From the NCBI GenBank assembly GCA_964016885.1, contig OZ024750.1, positions 32,178,001 to 32,242,000 on the forward strand: DNA of 64,000 bases, in the 5' to 3' direction. Source of the DNA: Eledone cirrhosa. Taxonomy: Eukaryota. The translations under genes were made by a program, and so were the position numbers. Under the pieces are notes generated by a model. That model was given only the letters and a program-made list of their open reading frames with translations, did not search any database and was not told the origin of the DNA. Below are positions 38,241-50,995 of this stretch, one piece after another; the stretch's first letter is position 1, and every line of letters starts with the position of its first letter.

Positions 38241-39552
38241 TTGAATCTTCTTCGTGTAGCTTTTTATTTTCTTTGTATCGTTCTGGTTCCCTGTTTGTTA
38301 GTATTCTATAGATGTAATAGGGTTTTATAGTGTTATGCTTATTATGTATTTTGCTTGTTTTGTCTCGTGTCCCATGTTACTTCTTATGTTCGAGATTTAT
38401 GTTGTCAATTAAAAACAGGATCCCGTATTGTTGGCCCGTCTGAGGAAGGAGCTCTGCGTGGTGAGGTGGCTGTTACAGCGGGTGTTGCCGGCCATTATCT
38501 GCGGGAATGCTGTTGCCGTCTTACACTGCTGAGCCCTTATCCCAGAGCCGAATCTCATTTCCCCTTCTTCTCTGATACTAGAGCCCTTGCCATTCCCTTC
38601 CCTTTTCCATTTTCTTATATTTTCTTATTTTACATACCATTCTTTCTTCTCAATCTAAACTTTTTTTTTCCCTTCTCTATTGAATTGTATTTACATGATA
38701 TCTTTTTACAAAATTGCTGATTGTTTTCAATCCGTTGATTCTGTCTTCTTTCACGAGTGTTCTACGTCGCTTTGCAAAAGATTTCTGCCTTTCGAAACAC
38801 TCTTTTGTTGTAGGTTGTCTAGTCGTCGTGCCCAACGTTAAGTTTACATGATAGTTATTTCCCTTTAAATTTTATACAAATATATTGTCATAGTTTCGAA
38901 TTTGAGTAGAACATCATTGATATCTATGCATAGAGAATAAAAACATATTCCTTCGTGGACATTCATGTCTTTTTTATTTTAACTGCAGGATTTGAGAAAT
39001 CCAACCCTTTGTTTAAGTCATGCACGCCGAGAACCGCTTTAAACAATTCTCCGTAAATCACCGTTTGAACACATCATTTTTCCCACTTTCTCTGCATCAG
39101 ATTCCAAATACGTATTCAACATGGAGTTGAATAATACATTTGTATTTGTGTTGTTAGTCATTTTCTGTCAGTATGCGAGTGTTTTATAAATAAATGTCAA
39201 AATGGTTGAATAGAGAAAAGCAAAGACAATCATGATAAGAGTAGAAGTGAGACTGCCTTCATTGATTTGTAAAGAAGTAGATTTATCTGAAAACATTTCA
39301 GAACTGTAATAGTGCTGAGGGGAACATTGCAATGATGTGTAAAGTGACGACACCGATATGATAAACAAGAAGATCGAGGGAGGGAGGAACATTAAGAACA
39401 ACAAAAACAACAACATAACATACAAAGTGACAAGAAAAAATATCGTTGGAAACAGAAATCAAAGAAACAGTAATAGAAAAATAGTAACGCGGACTTCATT
39501 AACAGAAACATGGCGGCTGCCAGGGGCAGCAGCAGCAGCAACAACGAAAAAA

Positions 39553-39632
39553 GAAGAAGGAGAAGAAGAAGAAGAAGAAGAAGAAGAAGAAGAAGAAGAA
39601 GAAGAAGAAGAAGAAGAAGAAGAAGAAGAAGC
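39553..39632. repeat. (GAA)n microsatellite
   Basis: Direct reading. Confidence 0.95.
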
Positions 39633-39783
39633 AGAAAAAAGAAAAAGAAATATATATATGTATAAATATATATATATATAAATATATATGTATATAATGT
39701 AGGAGGTGAGTTTTATTGTAGTACAATAAAGCAATGCAGATATCGGATAAGTAGCACTCTACAGTTTGTAGGACTGGAGTATG

Positions 39784-39973
39784 AATAATTGTTTCTACTT
39801 TAGGCACAAGGCCAGCAATTACCAGTGCATTACTGGTACTTTATTTTATCGACCCCGTAAGGATGAAAAGCAAAGTCAACCTCGGCGGGATTTGAACTCA
39901 GATCGTAAAGGGACGTAACTATGCTGGAAAGCATGGTGTCCGACCCTCCACCGATTCTGCCAATCCATTGGCG
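39784..39973 (-). mobile_element. SINE family A abutting a PLE-type tail (39697-39782)
   Basis: Reverse-complement family match; adjacent sequence is the reverse complement of 10764-10847. Confidence 0.85.
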
Positions 39974-40093
39974 TATAAATAATATTATATATGTATATAT
40001 ATATATAAACACACATATATATATATATATATACATATATACACATATATAATATATATATATGTATGTATCTGTATTTTTTCTCTCTCTCTC

Positions 40094-40132
<39 letters not shown>

Positions 40133-40270
40133 TTTTGAGTATATGTTGGTTGTATACCAACACCTCAGTTTGCAGGTTGGAGCACTCGACGAAGTGCGCA
40201 GGTTGGTTTGGTTACTCCGGAGTAAAGTAAAATAAATAAGTCAAATCTTTAAAATTTAGCTTCGTTTATT

Positions 40271-40325
40271 ACTGCTATATATATTTCGGTGACAGCCATC
40301 TTTGGCTGTGACCTCTTCAGGCAGT
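40271..40325 (-). ncRNA. Type I hammerhead ribozyme motif
   Basis: Minus strand ACTGC-CTGAAGA-GGTCACAGCCA-AAGA-TGGCTGTCACC-GAAA-TATATA-TA-GCAGT. Confidence 0.85.
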
Positions 40326-40430
40326 CCGAATTCGTGTGGTATAGACAAGTACATATGTTGTTGAGGTGTATAATTTTGTCAATTTTACACCTCAACAAGA
40401 TATGTACTTGTCTATACCACACTAATTCGG

Positions 40431-40485
40431 ACTGCCTGAAGAGGTTACAGTCAAAGATGGCTGTCACCGAAATATATATAGCAGT
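40431..40485 (+). ncRNA. Type I hammerhead ribozyme motif
   Basis: ACTGC-CTGAAGA-GGTTACAGTCA-AAGA-TGGCTGTCACC-GAAA-TATATA-TA-GCAGT. Confidence 0.85.
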
Positions 40486-40545
40486 AATAAACGAAGCTAA
40501 ATTTTAAACATTTGACTTATTATTTTACTTTATTTTATATATGAA

Positions 40546-40599
<54 letters not shown>

Positions 40600-40644
40600 T
40601 ATATATACATATATATACACATACATATATATATATATATATAT

Positions 40645-40675
<31 letters not shown>

Positions 40676-41299
40676 CACATACATATATTCACGGTTTCAT
40701 TTCACAAACCACGTGAGCAATTTTGAATATTTCTGAGTGAAATGAGGAAATTATTACAACTGATTGTCTGCAGTGGAAGTTAATTATATTCAGGCATTAC
40801 ATTTTGAGACAGCAGTAAATTAATATAAAATCATTTTGCCTGGCCTTCCGTCACTCTCAAAATAAATGTTGAAATTGCATTTCTTCTGAAGTACTTACAA
40901 TTAGAGACTTATTTCAAAAGTGATTCTAATAAATGAAATTAATATTAATTAAAGATATCAGTAATTACATTTAATTTTACCGACTTCAATATTGAATTTC
41001 CTTTCTACAGAGTTGAAAAATAATTAAACAATTGATTAATCTCAATAAGATTGATTAACGAATTCATTTACATACCCCCCTCCCATACACACACACATTA
41101 TTATATATATATACACTCACACACATACATATATATACACCCTCACAAACATACATATATATATATACACTCACACACATACATATATATATACACTCAC
41201 ACACATACATATATATATATATATACACTCACACACATACATATATATATATATATACCCTCACACACATACAAATATACACACACACATATATATATG

Positions 41300-41497
41300 G
41301 GAAAAAGTATGACCCCAACGGCAGAGCTCTAGCCGTTTCGACGGCTATTTCTGGACTCAGAAAGTCCAGAAATAGCCGTCGAAACGGCTAGAGCTCTGCT
41401 ATCGGGGTCATACTTTTTCCTATTTCCCACTCTATTACACCAATTATTGAATACTCTGGTGCGTTATGGTCCATCTAGTTCGTTACCACAATTCCTT

Positions 41498-41503
<6 letters not shown>
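41300..41503 (+). mobile_element. Short palindrome (41300-41420) + tail + (TA)n; same family as 26841-27051
   Basis: GGAAAAAGTATGACCCC...GGGGTCATACTTTTTCC, then tail CACTCT..TGGTGCGTTATGGTCCA..ACCACAATTCCTTTG. Confidence 0.75.
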
Positions 41504-41544
<41 letters not shown>

Positions 41545-41640
41545 CATATATATGTAAACATTCAAATAAAATATAATAGCATTGCTGTATATGTCTGGTC
41601 CTTTTGTTTTAACCAGTAGCATCTGATGGAGTCTCGGGCA

Positions 41641-41815
41641 TTTAAAACATGTTTCAGACCATCCTCACCCCTGGTCTAAACATGTTTGAGAACACACCCA
41701 CTCCGGTCTAAACATGTTTGAGAATATCTCCACTCCCGGTCTAAACATGTTTGAGAATATCCCCACCCCGAGTCTAACCATTTTTAGAACAACCTAAGCC
41801 CCGGTCTAAACAGCT
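41641..41815. repeat. Diverged minisatellite, about 32-34 bp x5-6
   Basis: Unit CCGGTCTAAACATGTTTGAGAA.. Confidence 0.8.
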
Positions 41816-42001
41816 GATTTCTACCAAAGAAGATGAAAGACACAGAAGAAGTGAGAAAGAGATATAGAGTTAGAATAGACACCTAGCGGAGGACTTGAAC
41901 AAACGACCAGCATATGTTGTTAGCTGTCGAGACACAGCATCCTTCAAAACTTGCATACCTCCCGAAATTCACCAACACTACACCTGATATTCCCTGTACA
42001 C

Positions 42002-42387
42002 AATAATTGTTTCTACTTTAGGCACAAGGCCAGCAATTACCCAGTGCATTACTGGTACTTTATTTTATCCACCCCGTAAGGATGAAAGGCAAAGTCAACC
42101 TCGGCGGAATTTGAACTCAGATCGTAAAGGGACGTAACTATGCTGGAAAGCATGGCGTCCGACCCTCTACCGATACTGCCAATCCACCAATAATATTCAT
42201 TAAGATTGGCAGTTTCGGTTGAGGATAGGACACCGTCCTTTGCAGCAGGAAGTTACGGTCCTTCACAGTCCGAGTTCAAATCCTGCCGAGGTTAACTTTG
42301 CCTTTCATCCTTACAAGGTCGATAAAATAAAGCACCAGTAATACACTGGAGTAATAGCTCGCCTTTTGCCAAACTAGAAACAATTAT
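42002..42387. mobile_element. Head-to-head SINE family A pair (42002-42188 minus; 42204-42387 plus)
   Basis: Family matches in opposite orientation, about 15 bp apart. Confidence 0.85.
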
Positions 42388-42957
42388 TATTTTATTTGTC
42401 TCAACGTTGTTACACTGCAATGCCACAGTTTTCTTCCCCTTAAATCACTGTCTAAACAACTATTTCCACTCTCTAAATCACTCTTCCTCCTACTACATAT
42501 TTTGTTTCCATCGTCAAAATCTCATGTATCTCATATTCGCATATAAAATAACCAGGTTTTCTGAGATTTTATATCGCAGCTTGAAGCAAGATAAATTTGA
42601 ATAATATTTATGTTTGAAGTAGATGAAGAACAAATATGTGTAGAAATTAAAGTCTTCAACTAAAGTTGAATTCACCTAATAGTGTACAATTATTGAAATG
42701 TTCTCTTATTAAGAACATTTCCAGTGGGAAATAAAACACACTTTAATTTGGATGTCCTTAAGCGATCTTCGAGAAAATGAAATGCAGAAACAGGCGTCTG
42801 GAGTTCTCACACGGCTGCTTAGTTAACACAGCAACACAGCTTAACACACTTGTAAGAAGAGTCTTATATTTTTATTATATATAAGAATATCGTATTTACC
42901 TCCGCACACTCACATATACAGGAGCACGTATGAGTGAGAGAGGGGGAGAGAGATAAG

Positions 42958-43027
<70 letters not shown>

Positions 43028-43505
43028 GAGAGAGAGAGAGAGAAAGAAGGGGGCTATTACTATATGTTTTACTTCTCAGAGTTGAATGTCTACATTCAAC
43101 ATAAATAAAGCTAGGAGTAGGTACATGACAATCACTGATTGTTCATGTTATCGTTTGTGGGGTTGTAATCGAACTGCTGTGGACGGATATAACTTGGAAT
43201 GAACGTTTCTCTGAATGCTAAGATTTTCTTTTAATTTCTAATATATATGTATATATGCAGAGAGAAATCTGTGTCTCTGGCAGAAATGTAATCACAGTCA
43301 ATTGCATAGGATTGCCTTTAATTTGAAAGAGATTTATTGGTTCCGTCTTCTTCCGTTTATCAACTTCATAAGTTGTGAGTCGACATTTCATACAGATTCT
43401 AATATAATGCATCAGACCGAGAAATCTTTACTATTATAATACACGTCCACACTCATTCACACTAAAGCATACGCCCAAATACTCATAGACACCCCCACTA
43501 TAAAT

Positions 43506-43550
<45 letters not shown>

Positions 43551-43593
43551 CACACGCATACATATATGTGCATATATATATATAAACGTACAT

Positions 43594-43653
<60 letters not shown>

Positions 43654-45159
43654 ACATACACACATACATATATGTGCATGTATATATATATATCATGCAT
43701 TCGTATATCTGAATGTATGTTGTATGGATGTAACAGTGAGAGTTATCATTAAGTATTGTAACAGTATACCGACCACTATAATATTTGCAATATAAAAATA
43801 TAGGTCCATTTCAGAGATAATATGAAAATACTGATATATTTCATACATATAAGATTGGTTTATTCTTTAAGTTGACATAAATTTCCGTACATCCCATACA
43901 GCTTTAGAAACGAACCCACCACCTCACAATCGTGAATTGAATACCTTAGTTACTAAGTCTCGGGGTTTGTAAATATACTTTTAATGACCCAAAGCTAGAA
44001 TGGAAAGCTTGTCTTAGTGTATGATCGTACATAGTTGAACTGCCGGGAAATCTTTTTAAACGTCTTAAAAAAGAATATTACCTGTTATATATAAAAAAGA
44101 TAAATGAGATAGATAAAAGCCTAGAATTTGTTTGGAATATGAAAAACAATGTGAATTACAATGCAAAGTTAAAATGTGTATTTCCAAATATATTAGCATT
44201 GTTATAGTTGTGTATTAAATATAAGGAACAGTAAACTGTTGGTAATTTGTGAATATCTTGAGCATTTTATATATGCAGCATGCAATTCAGCTTAGAAGGT
44301 TTATACAATATCACCCCTTTATATCTGTGAATGCTAGCATCAAACATGTTTCTAGTAATCATGTTAAATCATAAATATAAAATACAATGTGTTTTCGCTA
44401 ATCCATGACAAAATCAACGCAGCAATGTTAATGTAAGGAAAAACAATGTTGTCCTTTATCTTGTTCCATATAATGAGAGTTAGAAAAGCCCAACCCAGAG
44501 GAGAACAAAGGAGAGCCGGTATCCAATCTACAATATGCTAATGATTTGAATGTAGAGACTGATCTGAAAAATAGCGCTTGTATCATTTTGATATAAAATA
44601 ATTATTGCTATAATACCAGAAGGCCTTGGTATTAGGGTATGTACTGGATTGACAAAAATGTCCTGATTGTTGCGTTGTGGCTTGGAAAGGCAACATGGGG
44701 AAGTAGATGTATGAAAGAAAGTGCATAAAATATCACGGGCATAAGGAGCCTTTCATAGGTGAGAACGGCATAGTACTTTGTTTCTATTTACGTGATATTA
44801 AGTGGATTTGTTGCTGGATCTACCATGTCCTACTTAACTAGTAATGGACTTGAAAAAAAGAGTAGCAGGATAATTCGTGAACGTTTCATTTTATATATAG
44901 CAAAAATATTTAGCTCTCCGCTAGAAAAAGAATAAACAATTTCTGAATGGTGAGAATAATTAAAACCTCATCAAGGATCTGATGATAGCAGTATTGATAA
45001 TGAAAGGAAAATTCATGATGTGAATTCTAGACTCTTTAGGCATGGTGTTTGACATAGTTAGAAGGAATGCTTTCTATGCCCAACTTAGACTATTTTTCAT
45101 AGGCAAAAAAAATCGATAGTTCTAACTTACAATTCAAAACTTCCTATCTCTCAACGTTC

Positions 45160-45200
<41 letters not shown>

Positions 45201-45205
<5 letters not shown>

Positions 45206-45666
45206 AATAATATAACAAGGACGATTGGTTACTCCTTCATTACGTCTATTGGTTGGTGACTGACGCGCGCTTCGCCACTGATCAGCTCAAGGTTCGATCT
45301 GTATCGATCGGACCCGACTCTGTAATGCACGATTCGTCAGATCCTTTGTAATGATAATGGAAAAAGGCGAAAAAGATATCGGATGCTGAATTTCCCGACG
45401 ACAGAGTTCTGTCGACATTACACGGGGTCTGACGAGCCGCGGCTACAGAGTCGGGTCTGATCGATACAGATCGAACATACGGCTGATCAGTGGCGAAACG
45501 CGCGTCACCAAACAATAAACGTAATGAAGGAGTAACCAATCGTCCTGGTTATATTATGTGACTATAATACACTCTGTCTAGCTCTACACTTCGAAACTGA
45601 AGTGAACCTAAACATCGAGTGCTCAACTGGGTGAACCTACAGTAACTCCAAGTTACACTACCTGGA
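45201..45666 (+). mobile_element. Palindromic PLE-type unit (arms about 45201-45341 / 45417-45563) + tail, between (TA)n tracts
   Basis: Imperfect inverted arms; HHR in right arm, GAAA-to-GAAG mutant in left arm; tail contains TCGAGTGCTC. Confidence 0.8.
45426..45509 (+). ncRNA. Type I hammerhead ribozyme motif with extended stem II
   Basis: GGT-CTGACGA-GCCGC...GTGGC-GAAA-CGCGCG-TC-ACC; palindromic stem III ACGCGCGT; GUC cleavage triplet. Confidence 0.7.
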
Positions 45667-45689
45667 TATATATATATATATATAAATTT

Positions 45690-46590
45690 CATGGTCAGTG
45701 TTCAAGTTTCAGACTCGTTCAGCAGCGCACACTCCACTACAGCAATGAAGAGACGGATCTTCAGGTCTTTAGGAAGGTCCGACTTCCACACCAATCTCAA
45801 ACTGTGGCACACCACCCAGGCTTTGCTCTTCCTCTCAACCACATCATCTTCCGTATTCCCGATCTTTGCTCCCAGATACAGGAAGGCTTCAAACCAATTC
45901 TAGCGGCTTCCCGCCTACATTCATAATCTTCTCTGGCTTCTTAATATTCTCTACCAGATACTTCGTCTTAATCTCATTCATTTTCAGCCCACACTCATTG
46001 ATACTGTCTCCACCTCCAGCATCATCTCCTCTGCCTCCTTCACTGTTTGTTACCAGAACTATGTCATCGGCAAATTCAGCATCCGATATCTTTTACGCCT
46101 TAACTCTTCTGCTCTGAGCCAGTGTTACAGTAAAGCCAGAGTCCTGGTATTTCTCTAGCGCAAAGCCCTTAGAATAGTCCACTGCGATGATAAAAAGGTA
46201 GGGAGCCAATGTATCTCCCTGGAGCACTCCAGCCAGTATCTCAAAGAACTCCGTCATCCCATCAGGTGTAATGACTTGGGCTTTGGAGTAGAGCAGATGG
46301 TGGATGGGTGCTACACGAGAATGCTGAGGATGGCTCTGAACATTAATCAGTATACACTGAGGATGAAGACCTCAGAGCTGTACGGGAGCCTCCCAAAAGT
46401 CAGCTCGAAAGTAGTACAGAGGAGACTGAGGTTAGCTGGACATGCTCACCGACATACATCTAGAAGAGGAAGACCGAGGTTGACATATGTTGATGCCCTA
46501 AGGACAGACACTAGTCTCTGGAGACGCAGGCCATGGCAGTGATGATGAGGGACAGAGACCATGGATCTCGGAAATGTTACCCGCCCTAGA
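45690..46590. pseudogene. Degenerate RTE-clade LINE with internal inversion (RT core minus 45690-46275; 3' end plus 46276-46590)
   Basis: Minus strand VITPDGMTEFFEILAGVLQGDTLAPYLFIIAVDY..DAEFADDIVL; plus strand DGCYTRMLRMALNI..LYGSLPKVS..RRLRLAGH..RRGRPRLTYVD. Confidence 0.85.
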
Positions 46591-47561
46591 CATATATAAA
46601 TTTACATATATATATATACGGTATATAATTTTTCTTATTGTTATATATACTGTTATACAGATCATGGTATTATGTATCATAAAGCTTGCAGATGTTTTTT
46701 TTTCTGTTTATTTGTTTTAATATTCATGTTGTTGTATTATCGAAAATCATAAAATGAGTCTTGTGAGGAAGTTAAATTTCCGCTTACGCCTATGCTTCAT
46801 CCAAAAATTCACATAACCTGACACGCCACTGACCTAGAGCATTTCATGTTTCTCGAGAAACGTAGGAATTCTGTAATTTCTACGACGATCAAAAGAATTG
46901 TTAAACATATTCTGGCTAAGTCTAGTAAGCTATTGATTTGTATGTAATTTGCTGGAATACACGTTTGCCAACATAATTGCGATTGCACATTTTAGATTTA
47001 CTAAGGATTGCCGTTACCGAAAAGTCTAGATTAACTAAACTAATAATTTACTCACCAATTTCTCTTGCCTCATTAAGTTAAAGACTAGCAGGAAGCAAAA
47101 TAAGAAAATTGTATTTGATTTCCAAGTGATAGTTTGTAAGAAAATCTTTGGCAAATATATCCATGCAACAGAAAATTGTTAGCACGAGATAAAATCGAAG
47201 ATAATTTCACTATAATGTGTATGAAAATTCTGGCATATTTTCAATGAAGAATTACTGTTTAAAAGAACGGCGGTGAATTCTATCAAGTAAAACTGTAATA
47301 TATATCTAAAATTTTTAAGTAAAAACATTTTCGTTTATATTTTTAAAAAGTGGTTATTCAAGAGAGGACAAGCATTATTCATTTTTTAAATGTATGTTTT
47401 CATAATCCTTAAGATGATAATATCAGTTGCACCACATTAACGTGTACGACAATATCTTGGAAATAGATGGCCGGGTGAAGATTTATGTTTATATGTTTTG
47501 TTTGAATGTGGGGTTGGCTTTGTTTCTTCCTCTTCTTAATATTATTTTTATTATTATCATA

Positions 47562-48706
47562 AGGGCGGTGGATTGGCAGTATCGGTAGTGGGTCGGACGC
47601 CATGCTTTGCAGTAAAGAGTTACGGCTCTTTATTATCTGAGCTCAAATCCCGCCGAGATTAACTTTGCCTTCCATACTTATGGAGTCGATGAAATAAAGT
47701 ACCAGTCACGCACTGGTTCGATTTAATCGACTTTCCCCTCCCCCCAACTTACTGGCCTTGTGCCTATATAGGGTTGGACGCCATGCTTTCTAGCATAGTT
47801 ACGTCCCTTTACTGTCTGAGTTCAAATCCCATCGAGGTTAACTTTGCCTTTCATCCTTATGGGGTCGATAAAATAAAGTACCAGTCACGCACTGAGGTCG
47901 ATTTAATCGACTTTCCCCTCCCACCAAAAATATTCTTGGCCTTATGCTTAGATCTGAAACCATTATTATTAGAATTGGCAGTATCGGTAGAGGGTCGGAC
48001 ATGCTTTCCAGCGTAGTTACGTCCCTTTACGATCTGCGTTCAAATCCCGCCGAGGTTAACTTTGCCTTTCATCCTTACGGGGTCGATAAAATATAGTACC
48101 AGTAATATACTGAGTAATTGCTGGCCTTGTGCCAAAAGTAGAAAGAATTATTATTATTATTATTGTTAGAGTATCAGACGCCATACTTTGCAACATAGAG
48201 TTATGGCCCATTTCATTCTGAGTTCGAATCCCGCCGAGGTTAACTTTGTCTTTCATCCTTACAGGGTCGATAAAATAAAGAACCAGTAATGCACTGGGTA
48301 ATTGCTGGCCTTGTGCCTAAAGTAGAAACAATTATTATTATTATTATTGTTAGAGGGCGGTGAATTGGCAGTATCAGTAGAGGGTTGGACGCCATGCTTT
48401 CTAGCATAGTTACGTCCCTTCACGGTTTGAGTTCAAATCCCGTCGAGGTTAACTTTGCCTTTCATCCTTACGAGGTCGATAAAATAAAGTACCAGTAATG
48501 TACTGGGTAATTGCTGACCTTGTGCCAAAAAGTAGAAACAATTATTATTATTATTATTGTTAGATTGTCAGAGGCCATACTTTGCAGCATAGAGTTATGG
48601 CCCATTTCATTCTGAGTTCGAATCCTGCCGAGGTTAACTTTGCCTTTCATCCTTACGGGGTAATGCATTTGGGTAATTGCTGGCTTTGTGCCAAAAGTCG
48701 AATTAT
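47562..48706 (+). mobile_element. Tandem array of six SINE family A copies
   Basis: Repeated B-box/body units, several separated by (ATT)n linkers. Confidence 0.85.
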
Positions 48707-48869
48707 TATCATTATTGCTAGACAGTTCAGGAGAGAATATATAATAAATGTGAACAAATAAATCATGACTAAGCGGTAATAGATCCTTTGATGTAGAAAT
48801 GATTACTGGATAACAGTTTATTATAAAATCAGGAGTATTAATAACTTACGCTATACCAATCACATCAGC

Positions 48870-49388
48870 AGCAGCGTCAGTAGTAGTGGTAGTAGTGCTG
48901 GTGTTGTTGTTGTTGTTGGTGGTGGTGGTAGTGCTGGTGGTGGTGGCGGAGGTGGTGGTGATAGTGGTAGTGGTAGTAGTGCTGGTGGTGTTGGTAGTGT
49001 TAGTAGTGCTGGTGGTGTTGTTGGTGGTGGTGGTAGTAGTGCTGGTGGTGTTGGTGGTGGTAGTAGTGTTGGTGTTGGTGGTGGTAGTGGTAGTAGTGCT
49101 GGTGGTGTTGTTGTTGTTGTTGTTGGTGGTAGTGGTAGTATTGGTGGTGGTGTTGGTGGTGGTGATAGTGTTGGTGGTGCTGGTGCTGGTAGTAGTGCTG
49201 GTGGTGATGTTGGTGGTGGTGGTGGTGGTGGTGGTGGTGGTGGTGGTGGTGGTGGTGGTAGTGGTAGTAGTTCTGCTGGTGATGTTGGTGGTGGTGGTGC
49301 TGGTAGTAGTGCTGGTGATGTTGGTGGTGGTGGTGGTAGTGGGGATCGTTGTGATATTGGGGTTACGATAGAAGTAGTGATGTTGGTC

Positions 49389-49420
<32 letters not shown>
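48870..49420. repeat. Compound (GTG/GTA/GTT)n trinucleotide repeat
   Basis: Direct reading. Confidence 0.9.
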
Positions 49421-49619
49421 CTAAGGAATATAAGAATGCTGACATTGTCTTTTTGCTTTCTGTATTTTTATATTTCCTCCTTTGTCCTGTTTCTATAGAA
49501 TTCCACTTTCAAGATTCTACTCACTTGAATAAATACAATATAATACATATAACTTTGCATGTACAGGTTTGGCTGTCCATACACATACACATATGCACGC
49601 ATAAACTCACATCATTCAT

Positions 49620-49845
49620 CCTCATTATCATCGTTTTTACCTCACTTTTTTCACGCTTGCATGGGTTGCATGGTTCTTTCTCAGTACACCATCTCTCCAT
49701 TCACTGCCCTCCTTCGTTATCTCTTAAGGTGAGTCTCAGCGATTTGAGGTCAGCTCTCACCACTTCTACCCAGGTTATCCTTGGTCTACCTCTACTGCGG
49801 CTTCCTTCCACTGGGATTTCCTGGCACTTTTTCACTCAAAGATCA
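49620..49845 (-). pseudogene. RTE-like LINE 3' fragment
   Basis: Minus-strand translation VEGSRSRGRPRITWVEVVRADLKSL. Confidence 0.65.
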
Positions 49846-50175
49846 TATAAGCTAACTGCTGCCAAAACATTTTCTCCTTACAATCTCTACTACTCTGACA
49901 ATCTTAAATCCTAAGACTCCCTCCCTTTACTCGCTTCCCTCTTCCTCTTCCCTTCCTACCTCCTTCTTTCTCTTATATCTAGTGTATAAAATATTTTCAT
50001 ATCATTCTACCACAAAGGTCTGACGACATGGTGTGTTTTCTTACAGTGTACCTACGATTTATGATAATATTTTTATATTATACAAATAGCGAGGTATAGG
50101 TAACCCATACACTATAGAAACAATTGTTACCTAATAAATTCTTTATACCCGCATTTCCGTTTCATAAACTTCTTC

Positions 50176-50223
<48 letters not shown>

Positions 50224-50235
50224 GAGATAGAGAGA

Positions 50236-50271
50236 GAGCTGAAGATCCGCTGAGGTGAAACAATTGTTCTC
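50236..50271 (+). ncRNA. Compact type I hammerhead ribozyme motif
   Basis: GAG-CTGAAGA-TCC-GCTGA-GGT-GAAA-CAATTG-TT-CTC; palindromic stem III; weak stems I and II. Confidence 0.55.
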
Positions 50272-50326
50272 GGTATGGTGAACTAACTGTTGTGTTACCA
50301 CTTTTATATATATATATATAACATAA

Positions 50327-50995
50327 AATAAAATAAACATATCAAACATTGATAGGGGATAGTTTGTAATGAGTGTAAAGACACCGTGTTATGTAATTAA
50401 CATATTAAAAATTTAACGACAACTTTGAATGTTGATACCTTGCAATAATGATTAACCTCCTTTGTATATATTCCATATTTCACCATTAATAGGTAAATCA
50501 TATATGTTAAATCCTGGATCATCAGCAAAGAAGAAGATTTAAAATTATCTCTGATTACGCCCTATAACGACGAAAAACACGCGGTTTTTTTTAGAAAAAT
50601 ACAAATCCCCCCGCCGTCAACCCAGTGGCGTGAATAGGCTTATCGACAGCTAGAAATAGCAACCGAGCCCATTCAACAGAAAAGCTCTACTAACAAAATA
50701 TATAGGAGCCTCAAATATTAACAAAATTACATTAAATATGTCATCGACGAGAATATCAGACAACAAGCGCCATACCACCTGTAGAAGTTCAAATATTCTA
50801 AGGAATAAATCCGAGCATATGATTAATCTATTAATGGTGAAATATATTTCTTTAATGGAATATATTCAAAGGAGATTAATTGGAAGTTATATATATCCAA
50901 AGTTCCAGTTAATTTTTTAATATGTTACCTCCGTAACTATGTGATTACACTCTTTACAAATTATCCCCTGTCAATGTTTGATATGTTTATTTTAT
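50327..50995. mobile_element. Element bounded by about 90-bp imperfect inverted repeats
   Basis: ATAAAATAAACATATCAAACATTGA.AGGGGATA.TTTGTAA at left; reverse complement at about 50908-50995. Confidence 0.55.

Larger units (their letters stand above)
40131..40532 (-). mobile_element. Palindromic PLE-type unit: tail 40131-40222 + inverted arms 40223-40532, flanked by (TA)n
   Basis: Arms centred on 40378 with few mismatches; one HHR per arm. Confidence 0.85.

Noticed and set aside
41641-41815. CRISPR-like repeat array
   Set aside because: The intervening segments are too short and mutually similar, there are no cas genes, and the context is eukaryotic.
48846-49445. Mucin-like poly-Thr and poly-Val ORFs
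   Set aside because: Trinucleotide repeat read-outs with no flanking coding signal.
46821-50631. CACGCCACTG / CAGTGGCGTG as hAT terminal repeats of one element
   Set aside because: They face outward, are only 10 bp, and no TSD or transposase is evident.
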